Shown: positions 9,698 to 20,860 of the stretch, piece by piece
Layout of the letters: each line of letters opens with the position of its first letter
How positions within the stretch are numbered: the stretch's first letter is position 1
DNA from: a virus
Taxonomy: Duplodnaviria; Heunggongvirae; Uroviricota; Caudoviricetes
Reading direction: 5' to 3' (one strand)
DNA: 57,499 bases
IMG/VR virus record: IMGVR_UViG_2541047758_000011
Made by a program: the position numbers and the translations under genes
The notes under the pieces: generated by a model
What the model was told of the DNA's origin: nothing
Seen by the model: the letters and a program-made list of their open reading frames with translations, nothing else
The model's database searches: none

Positions 9698-9855
9698 AGC
9701 ATCCTCACGATAATATCCGGGTAGGCACGATCACTTTCGTCTACTCCGTTACAAAGCGAGGCTGGGTATTTCCCGGCCTTTCTGTTATCCGAAATCCCCT
9801 GAAAGCACAGCGGCTGGCTGAGGAGATAAATAATAAACGGGGGCTGTATGACTGA
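9694..9855 (+). CDS. Small hypothetical protein (53 aa) overlapping exo stop
   Basis: ATG at 9694; [31 protein letters not shown]...; not in ORF track. Confidence 0.35.
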   Translation: MKHPHDNIRVGTITFVYSVTKRGWVFPGLSVIRNPLKAQRLAEEINNKRGLYD

Positions 9856-10405
9856 TTTCACCGGAAGCAATACTCCTGCCGAACATCGCGACAGCTGGCG
9901 CACACCACCAGAGATTTTTGCTGCGCTTAATGCAGAGTTCGTTTTTCAACTTGATGCTGCCGCCAGCGAAAAAAACCGACTATGTCGGCTTTTTATCTCA
10001 CAGGAGCAGAACACATTAACCACTTCATGGCCTGAAGCAATGGGATATGCCTCTGGTTATGTCTGGTTGAATCCACCATACAGCAATATTTCCCCTTTTG
10101 TGAAAAAGGCAGCCACTGAAAACAAATTCAGTAGTGTGGGATGTGTAATGTTATTGCCTGCTGACACATCTGTCGGATGGTTTCATGAAGCGATACAAAC
10201 CGCCAGTGAGGTCAGATTCATCACGGCAGGACGACTGGCATTTATTAACCCACTCACTGAGAAACCCGTCAGTGGAAATAATAAAGGCTCGATGCTCATT
10301 ATCTGGCACCCATACCCCCGTACACACTGCCACTTTACGACCGTTGATCGTGGAGAGTTGATGGCGTTCGGCTCAAGGATTCTTGCCCGTCGGGAGGCTG
10401 CATGA
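9848..10405 (+). CDS. Phage N6-adenine DNA methyltransferase (Dam-like, NPPY motif)
   Basis: 185 aa with ...YVWLNPPYSNISPF... motif IV typical of N6-adenine MTases; no adjacent restriction endonuclease seen. Confidence 0.75.
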   Translation: MTDFTGSNTPAEHRDSWRTPPEIFAALNAEFVFQLDAAASEKNRLCRLFISQEQNTLTTSWPEAMGYASGYVWLNPPYSNISPFVKKAATENKFSSVGCVMLLPADTSVGWFHEAIQTASEVRFITAGRLAFINPLTEKPVSGNNKGSMLIIWHPYPRTHCHFTTVDRGELMAFGSRILARREAA

Positions 10406-10481
10406 CAACCACGGAATGCATTTTTCTGGCAGCGGGCTTCATATTCTGTGTGCTTATGCTTGCCGACATGGGACTTGTTCA

Positions 10482-10697
10482 ATGACACCTCAGCAGGAAA
10501 ACGCCCTTCGCAGCATTGCCCGTCAGGCTAATTCTGAAATCAAAAAAGCCAGACAGCAGTTTCCGGATAAAAACGTCGATGACATTTGCCGTAGCGTACT
10601 AAAGAAGCACCGCGAAACGGTAACGCTGATGGGATTCACACCGACTCATTTAAGCCTGGCGATCGGCATGTTAAACGGCGTCTTTAAGGAACGGTGA
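10482..10697 (+). CDS. Hypothetical protein (71 aa)
   Basis: ORF from ATG 10482 (MTPQQENALRSIARQANSEIKKARQQ...). Confidence 0.45.
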   Translation: MTPQQENALRSIARQANSEIKKARQQFPDKNVDDICRSVLKKHRETVTLMGFTPTHLSLAIGMLNGVFKER

Positions 10698-10795
10698 ACA
10701 TGAAAAGCAAAATCATCAGGGAGCTACAGGCTCCTTTTTTATTGTTCGCATTCATCCTCAAGCGTATTAACCAACAATTCAGGGATTAATGGAAG

Positions 10796-11014
10796 ATGGC
10801 AGACATCATTGATTCAGCATCAGAAATCGAAGAATTACAGCGCAATACAGCAATAAAAATGCGTCGTCTGAACCACCAGGCTATATCTGCCACTCATTGT
10901 TGTAAGTGTGGCGATCCCATAGATGAACGAAGACGCCTGGCCGTTCAGGGTTGTCGGACTTGTGCAAGTTGCCAGGAGGAGATCGAACTTAAGAACAAAC
11001 AATGGGGATTGTGA
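10796..11014 (+). CDS. TraR/DksA-family C4 zinc-finger protein
   Basis: 72 aa with CxxC...CxxC (HCCKCGDPIDERRRLAVQGCRTCASCQ) typical of DksA/TraR fold. Confidence 0.7.
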   Translation: MADIIDSASEIEELQRNTAIKMRRLNHQAISATHCCKCGDPIDERRRLAVQGCRTCASCQEEIELKNKQWGL

Positions 11015-11061
11015 TGGCCTCAAAGCAGCAAATTTCAACATCGTCCAACTGAGGTGTAAAA

Positions 11062-11340
11062 ATGTTCAGAATCATTTTTCCTAACACCTGGTACGTCGAC
11101 CACCACGGCACTCCCTGCAAAATCCTGCGTTCTACCCACAACAAAGTTCACTACATCCGAAAAGGCAGAACATGTATCGCCAGCATGTTCCGCTTTAATC
11201 ATGACTTTGAACCTGTGAATAAAGCTGATGCAGATCGGATAGCAGAAGAGATCGAAACGGCAGAACACATTAAGAAGTTACGTGACATGCGTTCAAAAAG
11301 CAGAGGTAACCATGGAATCATACAGCCTCACACTCGATGA
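11062..11340 (+). CDS. Hypothetical protein (92 aa)
   Basis: ORF upstream of xis; no recognised motif. Confidence 0.4.
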   Translation: MFRIIFPNTWYVDHHGTPCKILRSTHNKVHYIRKGRTCIASMFRFNHDFEPVNKADADRIAEEIETAEHIKKLRDMRSKSRGNHGIIQPHTR

Positions 11341-11662
11341 GGCCTGTCAGTTTCTTAAGATATCCAGACCAACCGCCACCAACTGGATACGAACAGGCCG
11401 CCTACAGGCAACACGCAAAGACCCCACTAAACCAAAATCTCCTTACCTCACAACGCGACAAGCCTGCATTGCGGCGCTTCAGTCTCCGCTGCATACTATC
11501 AAGGTGAGCGCGGGTGATGGCATAACAGAGGAAAGAAAATGTCACTCTTCCGCAGAAGTGAAATATGGTACGCCAGTTTCACATTGCCGAACGGTAAAAG
11601 ATTTAAACAGTCTCTTGGAACAAAGGACAAAAGGCAGGCGACAGAGCTCCATGACAAGCTAA
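11312..11662 (+). CDS. xis: Excisionase-like protein (Xis), overlapping int start by 124 nt
   Basis: [45 protein letters not shown]... HTH directly upstream of int; ORF stays open into int. Confidence 0.55.
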   Translation: MESYSLTLDEACQFLKISRPTATNWIRTGRLQATRKDPTKPKSPYLTTRQACIAALQSPLHTIKVSAGDGITEERKCHSSAEVKYGTPVSHCRTVKDLNSLLEQRTKGRRQSSMTS

Positions 11663-12702
11663 AGGCTGAAGCATGGCGGGTCAGCAAACTTGGTGAAATA
11701 CCTGATATGACGTTCGAGGAGGCGTGTATCAGGTGGCTCGAAGAGAAAGCACATAAAAAATCACTGGACGATGACAAAAGCCGGATCGGATTCTGGCTTC
11801 AACATTTCGCAGGAATGCAACTAAGAGACATTACTGAATCAAAAATTTATTCAGCAATGCAGAAAATGACGAACCGGCGTCATGAGGAAAACTGGAAACT
11901 CAGGGCAGAAGCATGCAGAAAAAAAGGGAAACCTGTTCCAGAATACACGCCAAAACCAGCGTCCGTTGCAACGAAGGCTACGCATCTTTCATTTATAAAG
12001 GCCCTACTAAGAGCCGCAGAGCGTGAATGGAAAATGCTGGATAAGGCACCAATTATTAAAGTGCCTCAACCAAAGAATAAACGGATCCGCTGGCTGGAGC
12101 CCCATGAAGCACAAAGGCTGATTGATGAATGTCCGGAGCCATTAAAGTCTGTTGTTGAATTTGCACTGGCAACAGGTTTAAGACGCTCGAACATCATCAA
12201 CCTTGAATGGCAACAAATAGATATGCAGCGCCGGGTGGCATGGATAAACCCGGAAGAGAGTAAATCAAACCGCGCAATCGGCGTTGCGCTGAATGATACT
12301 GCATGTCGCGTTTTGAAAAAACAAATCGGGAATCATCACCGTTGGGTATTTGTGTACAAGGAAAGCTGTACCAAACCAGACGGAACGAAAGCGCCAACAG
12401 TAAGGAAGATGCGGTATGACGCAAACACAGCCTGGAAAGCGGCGCTGAGACGAGCTGGTATTGATGATTTCAGATTTCACGACTTGAGACACACCTGGGC
12501 AAGTTGGCTGGTTCAAGCCGGAGTCCCGTTGTCAGTGTTACAGGAAATGGGTGGCTGGGAGTCTATCGAAATGGTTCGTCGATATGCTCACCTCGCGCCT
12601 AATCACCTTACCGAACACGCACGGCAAATAGACTCGATTCTGAACCCATCGGTCCCAAATTTGTCCCAGTCAAAAAATAAGGAAGGTACTAATGATGTGT
12701 AA
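11539..12702 (+). CDS. int: Tyrosine integrase (prophage A)
   Basis: 387 aa with C-terminal catalytic region ...[42 protein letters not shown]; stop 14 bp before tRNA 3' fragment. Confidence 0.9.
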   Translation: MSLFRRSEIWYASFTLPNGKRFKQSLGTKDKRQATELHDKLKAEAWRVSKLGEIPDMTFEEACIRWLEEKAHKKSLDDDKSRIGFWLQHFAGMQLRDITESKIYSAMQKMTNRRHEENWKLRAEACRKKGKPVPEYTPKPASVATKATHLSFIKALLRAAEREWKMLDKAPIIKVPQPKNKRIRWLEPHEAQRLIDECPEPLKSVVEFALATGLRRSNIINLEWQQIDMQRRVAWINPEESKSNRAIGVALNDTACRVLKKQIGNHHRWVFVYKESCTKPDGTKAPTVRKMRYDANTAWKAALRRAGIDDFRFHDLRHTWASWLVQAGVPLSVLQEMGGWESIEMVRRYAHLAPNHLTEHARQIDSILNPSVPNLSQSKNKEGTNDV

Positions 12703-12762
12703 CTTATTGATTTAAATGGTGCCGATAATAGGAGTCGAACCTACGACCTTCGCATTACGAAT
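12699..12762. repeat. 64-bp att core direct repeat (copy 1), identical to 56038-56101; includes 46-nt 3' fragment of tRNA-Thr (12717-12762)
   Basis: gtaacttattgatttaaatggtgccgataataggagtcgaacctacgaccttcgcattacgaat is present at both positions by direct comparison. Confidence 0.9.
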
Positions 12763-13091
12763 CTGTAGAACCAATCATAACTATCTGTTTTAGCAAGCAT
12801 TAACCGCATTCACCAAGCAATAGTTGATGGCACAAACAGAAAGTTGATGCATGATGTTGTCATGTGTATGTCACAAATACGGCACAACGATCTTCAAACA
12901 TGTAGCCACCCAGCATAGAAGAGCACAAATCCTTGCAATCCAGTGCAAAGCTTTGTGTACCTTAGTTTTGTCTCATAGGTAATTCTGCTTTAACTGCGAT
13001 GCAGGAATCTGTCACCAGACGCACGTCTCGTTGTTTTATGGTTTTCCGTTCATGATTAATATGTTAGCTTGTCAAAGTTTGTGTTTAAGAT

Positions 13092-13763
13092 ATGGTGATT
13101 GATGCAATGTTAAGCGTTCAGATGACTCCACAAGCAAAAGTTAGCTTCGAGGAGCAATGTTTTTTTCATGCTTCATGTCTTGTTGTTGCCCCAATAAATG
13201 TTGGAGCATTCTCCTACTTTGGCGCTAATTGTATGCTCGGCGGCTTTACGATGGGTAGATTTTGTTCAGTTGCTCCAGGAGTAAAAATTGGCCTTGGCGA
13301 GCATGAAACTGGGTATTTTTCTACGCATCCTTTTTTCTTTGGATCAAAAAATGGTTTTAAAATCCCTGATGGTATAGGAATGCAGCGCGACCTCTCTCAA
13401 CAGAAGCATGGTATACCAAGAATTGGTCATGACGTATGGATAGGTGCAAATGCGGTTATCAGGCGAGGTATAACTATTGGTACTGGCGCTGTTATTGCTG
13501 CTGGCGCTATTGTCACCAAAAATGTCGAGCCATATTCAATCGTAGGTGGCGTTTCTGCAAAACACCTAGGGTACAGATTTGATGAATCAATCATCAAAGA
13601 GTTACTGGATAGCCAATGGTGGGAATATGATTTAAGCTCATTTATTGGGATTGATACAAGGACACCGACGACTTTTTTAGAGCAGTTTAATGCTGTAAAA
13701 GATAAAAAGAAGGCATCTTATAAGAGATTTACAATTCTTCCATCCGGTGAAATTGTTGAATAG
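13092..13763 (+). CDS. Hexapeptide-repeat (left-handed beta-helix) acetyltransferase, xenobiotic/CatB-Vat-like
   Basis: 223 aa with XAT-like blocks: [25 protein letters not shown] and [43 protein letters not shown]; AT-rich gene between attL and tailspike. Confidence 0.75.
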   Translation: MVIDAMLSVQMTPQAKVSFEEQCFFHASCLVVAPINVGAFSYFGANCMLGGFTMGRFCSVAPGVKIGLGEHETGYFSTHPFFFGSKNGFKIPDGIGMQRDLSQQKHGIPRIGHDVWIGANAVIRRGITIGTGAVIAAGAIVTKNVEPYSIVGGVSAKHLGYRFDESIIKELLDSQWWEYDLSSFIGIDTRTPTTFLEQFNAVKDKKKASYKRFTILPSGEIVE

Positions 13764-13782
13764 CGCATCCCTGCGCTATATT

Positions 13783-16149
13783 TTAAATAAACATAAGAAT
13801 AAACATCAGAAGTTCTTCGTATCTGATGCCATACTGATAGCCAGCAGGTTTAATAATAACCTGCCTTCCTGTGTAATATTCCTCGTCGTACCACTCTCCT
13901 GTTTCATTGTTTTTAACACTCCTAATCAATACCTCTGGAGCATAAATATCATCCCATTCATCATAACACCAGAACGCATAGTTATTAGGGTCAAGACCGT
14001 ATTTTCTGAGAATATTACCTACAGTTTGTGCACCAACGCCGAAATGAATCCGAGCGCCATCACTCTTGATCTTTACTGCATCTTTAAATTTAAACCTCCA
14101 GATATTTTCCTTTATTTCAAGCGCAGCAAGACGCTCTGATTCTGTTGTTTTCTCGTCAGCCTTAATACGCAATTTAAGCTCTTCATTCGACGTGTTGATA
14201 CTGCCAGTACCAGCGTATACCTGTGACCATCGAAATGCTGATGTTCCGTTTGAGTTAACATTATCAACAGTTGGTTTTATAAGGCCAGAAAAATGAGTTT
14301 CAGGTGTATTAATATATGTATATGCACCTGCTGTACTACGAGTCCTTAACTCAAAGCTGTCTATATCAACACCAGTCCTACGAATTATAAGGAAGTTATT
14401 TCCTGCGGAACCAGTATCGGTTTGAGTGCTAACAGACAATCCGTTTCGTGTATCAATACGTATATTCTTCCCGTTCTCCAGCGAAGCAGAATTATGTAGA
14501 TACAGCGAGTTGTCAGTGTAGAGATTGTGTTTACCTACATTGCTAAATGTATAAGTATTGCTTGTGTTATCACTGTTCCTATGGAATTGCTGAAGAGTGT
14601 AGGCAGAAGATGCTCCGTATCCATCACAATGGAAATTTCTGCACAGCTGCAAATCGAATAACAATACGGTGTCAGCATTAATGCTCACATTATTAAAGCA
14701 TGTTGCAAAGTTGGCACCATACTGTGAATTGGAATCGCCAATCTGTGCGCACACATCAAGCAAACCAAAAGTTACATTGGTAAAGTTATTTGCATCACCG
14801 GCGTCAAGAACAATCCCTTTCTTAGTCCCTGAATACCCTCTGGCAGTGCCGATCTCAACTCCCTGGAATGAACACACGCGAGCACGACTAAGCTTAAGAC
14901 CAACCCATTCCAGACCATGATCGTAACCTTTTGCTGCGCGGTGAATAAACATACCATTCATGATGAGAAGGAATCTGTTATCCAGCCGTACTGGTTCAAG
15001 TTGGGCATTAATACCAACATTTGTGCATATACATTCACCATAAGCATAACGATTCGTTTCAAATATACGATCATCAGCGTCGTAAATGCCTCGTAATGCC
15101 TTGGCGGCATCAATATTAAGCAATGTAAAATATGTCTTCTGCTTAATTTCAAAAAAATTTGCAACATTATGCGTTGTGATATCACTCACACGCATTGATA
15201 AAATCCCCTCTTCTGGAGCGGTGCGAATGAATCCATCAAGGAACTGTTCATTATAACTTTTGGCTATCTGATAACATCCAACAGCATCAATGCGTTCGAT
15301 TGTGAATTGCCAACTATCACCGCAGTTAAAATTCCATTTCCAGCCGTATTTCTGTGCAAATTCATCATATTCAACATTTGCAGTCTCAGAACAGAAAGAT
15401 AAAAATCTAAATGTTGGTTTTGGCCTTAGATGGTTAAGCCCGGCACCTCTTGGGGTATATATGGCATTATCTCCATTCCCACCTTTTGTTTTAACTGTAA
15501 GGTGACTTAAACCAAATTCAATATCATATTTTGTTGGTGCAGCGAAAACAAAGCCGTCTTTTGGTGATGTGGTATTGTCAAACACAATAACCGTTTCACC
15601 CTGCCCATCACCGTACATATTTACTGGTGGTATATTAACGGGGCCAGTCAAACTATATGTTCCAGTTGGCACATATAGTTTTCCACCCTCTCCAATAGCA
15701 TTTGCTGCTGCAATAAATGCCACCGTATCATCGTTAACACCGTCACCTTTCGCCCCATAATGCTGTGGCGTAATTAACAGCATACGGTCAGAAAAAATCT
15801 CTGTCCTAAGTTGATCAGGATCGTATTTTAATACATTTGGAAAATAAAACTGCTGAGTGCCATATGCATCATATACAGCCATAGAATGGCCTTTCACAGT
15901 TACGAATTTGGCAATCTGCCCGTTATATACAGGATACCCGCCAGCGTTAATGATGATTGGCTGTGCAACAGGAACGTGAGAACCATCCTCATTCTCTACA
16001 TAAACCTGAATCTGGTTTTCAGGATTTACCGGGTCAGTGTCAATTTTACCGATATAAATTTTGCCATTGGCTACGGCTTTAAAAGAACGCGCCATAGTGA
16101 AGAGTTGCGAAGGCATACTCACTACAACATTGGCTGTAATGTCTGTCAT
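13783..16149 (-). CDS. Tailspike protein (P22 gp9-type N-terminal head-binding domain, divergent beta-helix domain, C-terminal chaperone-like region)
   Basis: N-terminus [46 protein letters not shown] matches P22 tailspike head-binding domain; [14 protein letters not shown] pectate-lyase-like motif; rest unlike P22. Confidence 0.85.
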   Translation of the reverse strand: MTDITANVVVSMPSQLFTMARSFKAVANGKIYIGKIDTDPVNPENQIQVYVENEDGSHVPVAQPIIINAGGYPVYNGQIAKFVTVKGHSMAVYDAYGTQQFYFPNVLKYDPDQLRTEIFSDRMLLITPQHYGAKGDGVNDDTVAFIAAANAIGEGGKLYVPTGTYSLTGPVNIPPVNMYGDGQGETVIVFDNTTSPKDGFVFAAPTKYDIEFGLSHLTVKTKGGNGDNAIYTPRGAGLNHLRPKPTFRFLSFCSETANVEYDEFAQKYGWKWNFNCGDSWQFTIERIDAVGCYQIAKSYNEQFLDGFIRTAPEEGILSMRVSDITTHNVANFFEIKQKTYFTLLNIDAAKALRGIYDADDRIFETNRYAYGECICTNVGINAQLEPVRLDNRFLLIMNGMFIHRAAKGYDHGLEWVGLKLSRARVCSFQGVEIGTARGYSGTKKGIVLDAGDANNFTNVTFGLLDVCAQIGDSNSQYGANFATCFNNVSINADTVLLFDLQLCRNFHCDGYGASSAYTLQQFHRNSDNTSNTYTFSNVGKHNLYTDNSLYLHNSASLENGKNIRIDTRNGLSVSTQTDTGSAGNNFLIIRRTGVDIDSFELRTRSTAGAYTYINTPETHFSGLIKPTVDNVNSNGTSAFRWSQVYAGTGSINTSNEELKLRIKADEKTTESERLAALEIKENIWRFKFKDAVKIKSDGARIHFGVGAQTVGNILRKYGLDPNNYAFWCYDEWDDIYAPEVLIRSVKNNETGEWYDEEYYTGRQVIIKPAGYQYGIRYEELLMFILMFI

Positions 16150-16281
16150 TTAATTTGCTCCAGATACAATGAATCGCCGCAGCATGGCTACGGTTGGCAT
16201 TTGTTACATACCGAAACGGTACGATTGTTGATTTGTACAGTGGGTTTTACGATGCCATTCCACCCATTTGGTGAGGCATTG

Positions 16282-16539
16282 ATGATGTACAGCAAATACG
16301 ATGAGGCGCAGTTCCACTTGAGGCTTACACACGAGTTGCACGCTAAGATTAAGCAGCGTGCAAAAATGAATAACAGGTCTATCAATTCCGAAATTGTGGC
16401 TACGATGGAAGAATCACTCTCCAAACCATCACCTGTAAGCGGGTATCGTGATGAAGAAGAGAGGCTGGCCTCATTAATCTCGGAACGAGTAAAAGAAGTT
16501 GTGGCTGATATCCTTAGAAAAGAAAAAACCCGCGATTAA
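16282..16539 (+). CDS. mnt: Mnt-like ribbon-helix-helix repressor
   Basis: ...RSINSEIVATMEESLSKPSPVSGYRDEEERLA resembles P22 Mnt (..SKPSPVTGYR..); start chosen at ATG 16282 inside a longer track ORF. Confidence 0.7.
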   Translation: MMYSKYDEAQFHLRLTHELHAKIKQRAKMNNRSINSEIVATMEESLSKPSPVSGYRDEEERLASLISERVKEVVADILRKEKTRD

Positions 16540-16548
16540 GCGGGTTTA
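16522..16548. terminator. Bidirectional hairpin terminator (aacccgcgattaagcgggtt)
   Basis: Stem-loop flanked by A-run on one side and T-rich on the other, between convergent genes. Confidence 0.55.
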
Positions 16549-16553
16549 GTTGG

Positions 16554-16775
16554 TTAGTTATCAAAAAGTCCGTACGTTTCTTCTTCTTCAGGTGTAAGGG
16601 GAAGAATCTCTACTCTATCTATAGATACCTTTTCAATGTACCCATGAGGTCTACTTAAAATTAAAGCTCTCTCATGCCACAGAACTCCAAGAATGTGATA
16701 CCTTCCAGCATCGCCTTTTACCCTGGCTCTTCCTTTGATTCTTGGCGGCATAATGCCATATTTTTTCTTTGCCAT
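16554..16775 (-). CDS. Hypothetical small basic protein (73 aa)
   Basis: ORF MAKKKYGIMPPRIKGRARVKGDAGRYHILGVLWHER...; no recognised family. Confidence 0.45.
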   Translation of the reverse strand: MAKKKYGIMPPRIKGRARVKGDAGRYHILGVLWHERALILSRPHGYIEKVSIDRVEILPLTPEEEETYGLFDN

Positions 16776-16995
16776 TATGCAACATTACTCCCATGAATCA
16801 GGTGTTGTAGTGCTTTAACACCTTCCGCATTGTAGCGGAATGCTTCCACCTGTTTGCTGGAATGCGCAGATTTATCCAGGAAGAACTTCCCGTACTGCTC
16901 AGTTTTGAGGTTGTTTGCGTTAGCAATGCGACCAATCTTGTTGGCCGTTACTCCAAGCTGCTCTGCAACCTCCCCTGCTGAGTAGTAATGCTCTT
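16775..16995 (-). pseudogene. C-terminal gene fragment truncated by IS911 (possible regulatory/antirepressor remnant)
   Basis: Reading frame runs out of IS911 left end; only ~73 codons are non-IS sequence. Confidence 0.4.
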
Positions 16996-17067
16996 TGAAG
17001 TGGTTTACTGAATTTGGCCACCTGAACAGAGGTGATATGCTCACCTCAGAACAACACAGGTGCCATA

Positions 17068-18215
<1,148 letters not shown>

Positions 18216-18245
18216 CTCGGTGGCCAGTTTTTGTTGACCACTTCA

Positions 18246-18756
18246 ATTCTATTGCCGGAAGAGGTATTGCATTAAAACCAACGAGCGGGTTGATTATACT
18301 TGCTGCCGCTGTCTGCTTTGCCTCAGGCGCAAGATTTGGCATCAGATCGAACAGATTGGTAACAGCTTCAACCGTCATTTTCAATGTTCGCGCTTGACGA
18401 TACTCAACAAGTCCACTCGCTGATTTACCGCTTTTAATGTGCGCTTCTTGCATACTTTCAAGTTGGTCTACCAGTGAGCGGCGAACGGCTTTTGACTCGC
18501 GAGCGGCAACTCGCAATGCTTGCTTGATTGACATCTCAATGATAACCATCGAAGTTTTGTTCGCTTTTTGCACTACACTTTTTGTGTAGTGCTCTCCATC
18601 CAATTCATCTTCAATTTTCTCGATGAATTTGTTATTACGAACCTCCGGCTCACCGCACTGTCTACGAGCCTGATTTACCATCTCAAGCAGGCGCTGGCTG
18701 TCAATGGTTTTATCCGTGACAACGGATCCGATGTTTGCTACATTCTTAAAAGTCAT
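18246..18756 (-). pseudogene. N-terminal fragment of Rha/antirepressor-like regulatory gene interrupted by IS911
   Basis: ORF MTFKNVANIGSVVTDKTIDSQRLLEMVNQARRQCGEPEVRNNKFIEKI... runs into IS911 right end; family call is tentative. Confidence 0.4.
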
Positions 18757-18843
18757 TAGGCATTCCTTATGTGGTAGTAAGGGTGTGACATAGGCCGCCA
18801 GCAGCACACTGGCGGTTTTCTTTTGCGCTGTCCTGTGCACCAA

Positions 18844-19482
18844 TCAATGAATCCATTCCTCGCCGCTAAGTTTTGCCAGCATTGGCTGAGCGTTCTTTAC
18901 GACAAAATTGTTGGTATCAAGATTCTTCATTTCACGAAGAAGTGATTTCTTGGTTTCTTCTGACATATAGCGAGTCTCATATGCAATATCGTATATTCTT
19001 CCTGAAAGCTCAGAACCAATTTGCTTCATTCCTGGGTAGATGTGTTTGCACATTTGTTGACTCTTCTCCATCCACAATTGTAAGTAGCAGAGATTAACCA
19101 GTTCTTCGTCAGTAAACTGTTTTGCAATCGGTGAGCATTCTGCCTGCCGATCCAAAATATCCAGCACCCAGCGGCGGAACTCTTTGGCCTTGGGCGTAGA
19201 AGCAAACATCGCCACCAAGTGAGCGCCTCGGAGCGAGTAAACTCTGACCGATTTGTTACGTAAGCTATTGTTTATTCCGTTGACCTTCATATTGAGGGTC
19301 AATGACATTGAGTCGGAAAATTCGTCAGCATTACGGGCATAAATTTGGCTGATGGCATCAGTTTTTTTATAGCCGAGAGCCTTAGCTAGTTCGGTGGAGG
19401 TGAACCAGATAGACCCGCCCTCTGTTACAGGGTTAAAAGTGAATCCTTGGAAGTTATAATCTGATTTTGCTACAATATTCAT
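18844..19482 (-). CDS. ant: Antirepressor (Bro-N domain) Ant-like
   Basis: MNIVAKSDYNFQGFTFNPVTEGGSIWFTSTELAKALGYKKTDAISQ... Bro-N/antirepressor-like N-domain, downstream of arc. Confidence 0.7.
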   Translation of the reverse strand: MNIVAKSDYNFQGFTFNPVTEGGSIWFTSTELAKALGYKKTDAISQIYARNADEFSDSMSLTLNMKVNGINNSLRNKSVRVYSLRGAHLVAMFASTPKAKEFRRWVLDILDRQAECSPIAKQFTDEELVNLCYLQLWMEKSQQMCKHIYPGMKQIGSELSGRIYDIAYETRYMSEETKKSLLREMKNLDTNNFVVKNAQPMLAKLSGEEWIH

Positions 19483-19555
19483 GTTAGTTTCCTTGCATAC
19501 GGTTACTGACATAGAGGCCCGGTTTGTGTTCGCGCACTGCCGGGCTTCACTATTT

Positions 19556-19729
19556 TTATTGGATGACAACATCGCCCTTTGCCTCAAGTTTCATCAATAA
19601 CTCCATTCGATAAGCTATCTCTGCCTGAATTGACCTATGGCATCTTTTTGCTGATTCGCGGATATGTGAATCAACCTTTTCTGTAAAACGAACCTGACGC
19701 GGCTTGATGGAAGATATCTTTTCAGTCAT
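19556..19729 (-). CDS. arc: Arc-like ribbon-helix-helix repressor (57 aa)
   Basis: Manual translation MTEKISSIKPRQVRFTEKVDSHIRESAKRCHRSIQAEIAYRMELLMKLEAKGD resembles P22 Arc; below ORF track threshold. Confidence 0.65.
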   Translation of the reverse strand: MTEKISSIKPRQVRFTEKVDSHIRESAKRCHRSIQAEIAYRMELLMKLEAKGDVVIQ

Positions 19730-19828
19730 TATGCACTCCTGTTTTTGAAAAACTCATAATCTCACTTTTTGCAGTTTGATTATTCACTCACACTCAGTAT
19801 GAGTCAATGAATTTTTTATGGTGAACTA

Positions 19829-20470
19829 ATGAATTTTGACGATCAATTCCCATCAAGAGTATCTCTGGCAAGACAGTCCAGGGGTATGACGCAGGCGCAG
19901 TTGTCAAAATTAGCTGGTGTTGTTCAACGTCAAATAGCTGCATACGAGGGTGGTGAGGCTAAACCACGGCTTCGTGTATTGCAGGCATTAGCCAACGCAT
20001 TAGGTACTACGGCTGAGTGGTTAGCTCTAGGTGAAGGTCAGGGTCCAGGAACAAAAAACGTCATGCCTGACGTTCTGGTAAAGCAAATACCAATTCTCAA
20101 ACTAGATGAAGTTATGCATTACCTAAACACAGGTGAACATTCATCGTCTAGATTTCATCCGGCAATATACAATGTTGGTGACTCTGCATTTGCATTGACT
20201 ATTGAAGGTGAAGCTATGACTACAAGTTCAGGTATTAGCTTTCCCAGAGGATCGGTTGTCACGTTCAGCCCTCTAGTAAAAGCTAAAAGCAAAGATTATG
20301 TAATAGCATCATTGGATAAAGAGCAAATATTGAGCTTCAAACAGGTTTACATTGGTGAAATAGAGACAAACCTAGTATCCCTAAACCCAATGTATCCTAA
20401 TATTCTTGTTAGAAATGAAGATGTTAGTATTTTGGCAACCGCAGTTTACCTTGAAATCCCGTTGCTTTGA
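19829..20470 (+). CDS. XRE-HTH / LexA-cI-like S24 domain protein with nucleophile Ser replaced by Ala (predicted non-cleavable)
   Basis: N-terminal HTH (MTQAQLSKLAGVVQRQIAAYEGGEAKP); C-domain aligns with lambda cI CTD but has EGEAM where cI has EGNSM; Lys of dyad retained (SFKQV); AT-rich. Confidence 0.75.
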   Translation: MNFDDQFPSRVSLARQSRGMTQAQLSKLAGVVQRQIAAYEGGEAKPRLRVLQALANALGTTAEWLALGEGQGPGTKNVMPDVLVKQIPILKLDEVMHYLNTGEHSSSRFHPAIYNVGDSAFALTIEGEAMTTSSGISFPRGSVVTFSPLVKAKSKDYVIASLDKEQILSFKQVYIGEIETNLVSLNPMYPNILVRNEDVSILATAVYLEIPLL

Positions 20471-20530
20471 TATCCTTTAGGAAGCGACACATTATCATCT
20501 GGTATCCTGCTCAAAACTAAGGAGGTTGGT

Positions 20531-20860
20531 GTGCTTGAATGGTTTCTGTTGGCTGCATTGGTCGTTTCTGGTTTGGTGTATGAGTATCGAATGCACTCTC
20601 TAACAAAAAAAATAGGAATTCTAGAAAACGAATATTGTGCTCTCAAATCCTCACTGGAACGTGAGCAAGGGGACTTAAAAATCTCTCTGTCTAGCATTGA
20701 GCGTTCTATAGAGAGCTTAGAGGATAAGGTTGATCGTATAAAGAATGAGGATATTCATGATATTAAGGACGACATATCCTTCTTAAAATCTTGGTTGAAA
20801 AATGTTGGGAAAATTGCCACATCAACACGAGATAAGCTCAATCCATCCATGGATGACTAA
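20531..20860 (+). CDS. Small membrane-anchored coiled-coil protein (109 aa)
   Basis: N-terminal hydrophobic helix MLEWFLLAALVVSGLVY then heptad-like charged repeats; 60 bp downstream of previous gene on same strand. Confidence 0.6.
   Translation: MLEWFLLAALVVSGLVYEYRMHSLTKKIGILENEYCALKSSLEREQGDLKISLSSIERSIESLEDKVDRIKNEDIHDIKDDISFLKSWLKNVGKIATSTRDKLNPSMDD

Larger units (their letters stand above)
1..12762. mobile_element. Prophage A: defective lambda-like prophage (left end beyond window), integrated at thrW in tandem with prophage B
   Basis: Contiguous int, xis, exo, bet, gam, kil, cIII, ea10, ral, N, cI, cro, cII, O, P, ren recognised by protein sequence; nin/Q/lysis/head/tail missing; ends at 64-bp att repeat 12699-12762. 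Confidence 0.85.

Noticed and set aside
12780-13090. AT-rich non-coding stretch after attL, considered as a possible small RNA or further att arm
   Set aside because: No convincing hairpin, terminator or repeat seen; most simply the promoter/leader of the acetyltransferase and the phage att arm.
15886-16539. 217-aa + strand ORF overlapping the tailspike 5' end
   Set aside because: Only the last 85 codons (mnt) look like a real gene; the upstream part is antisense to the tailspike.
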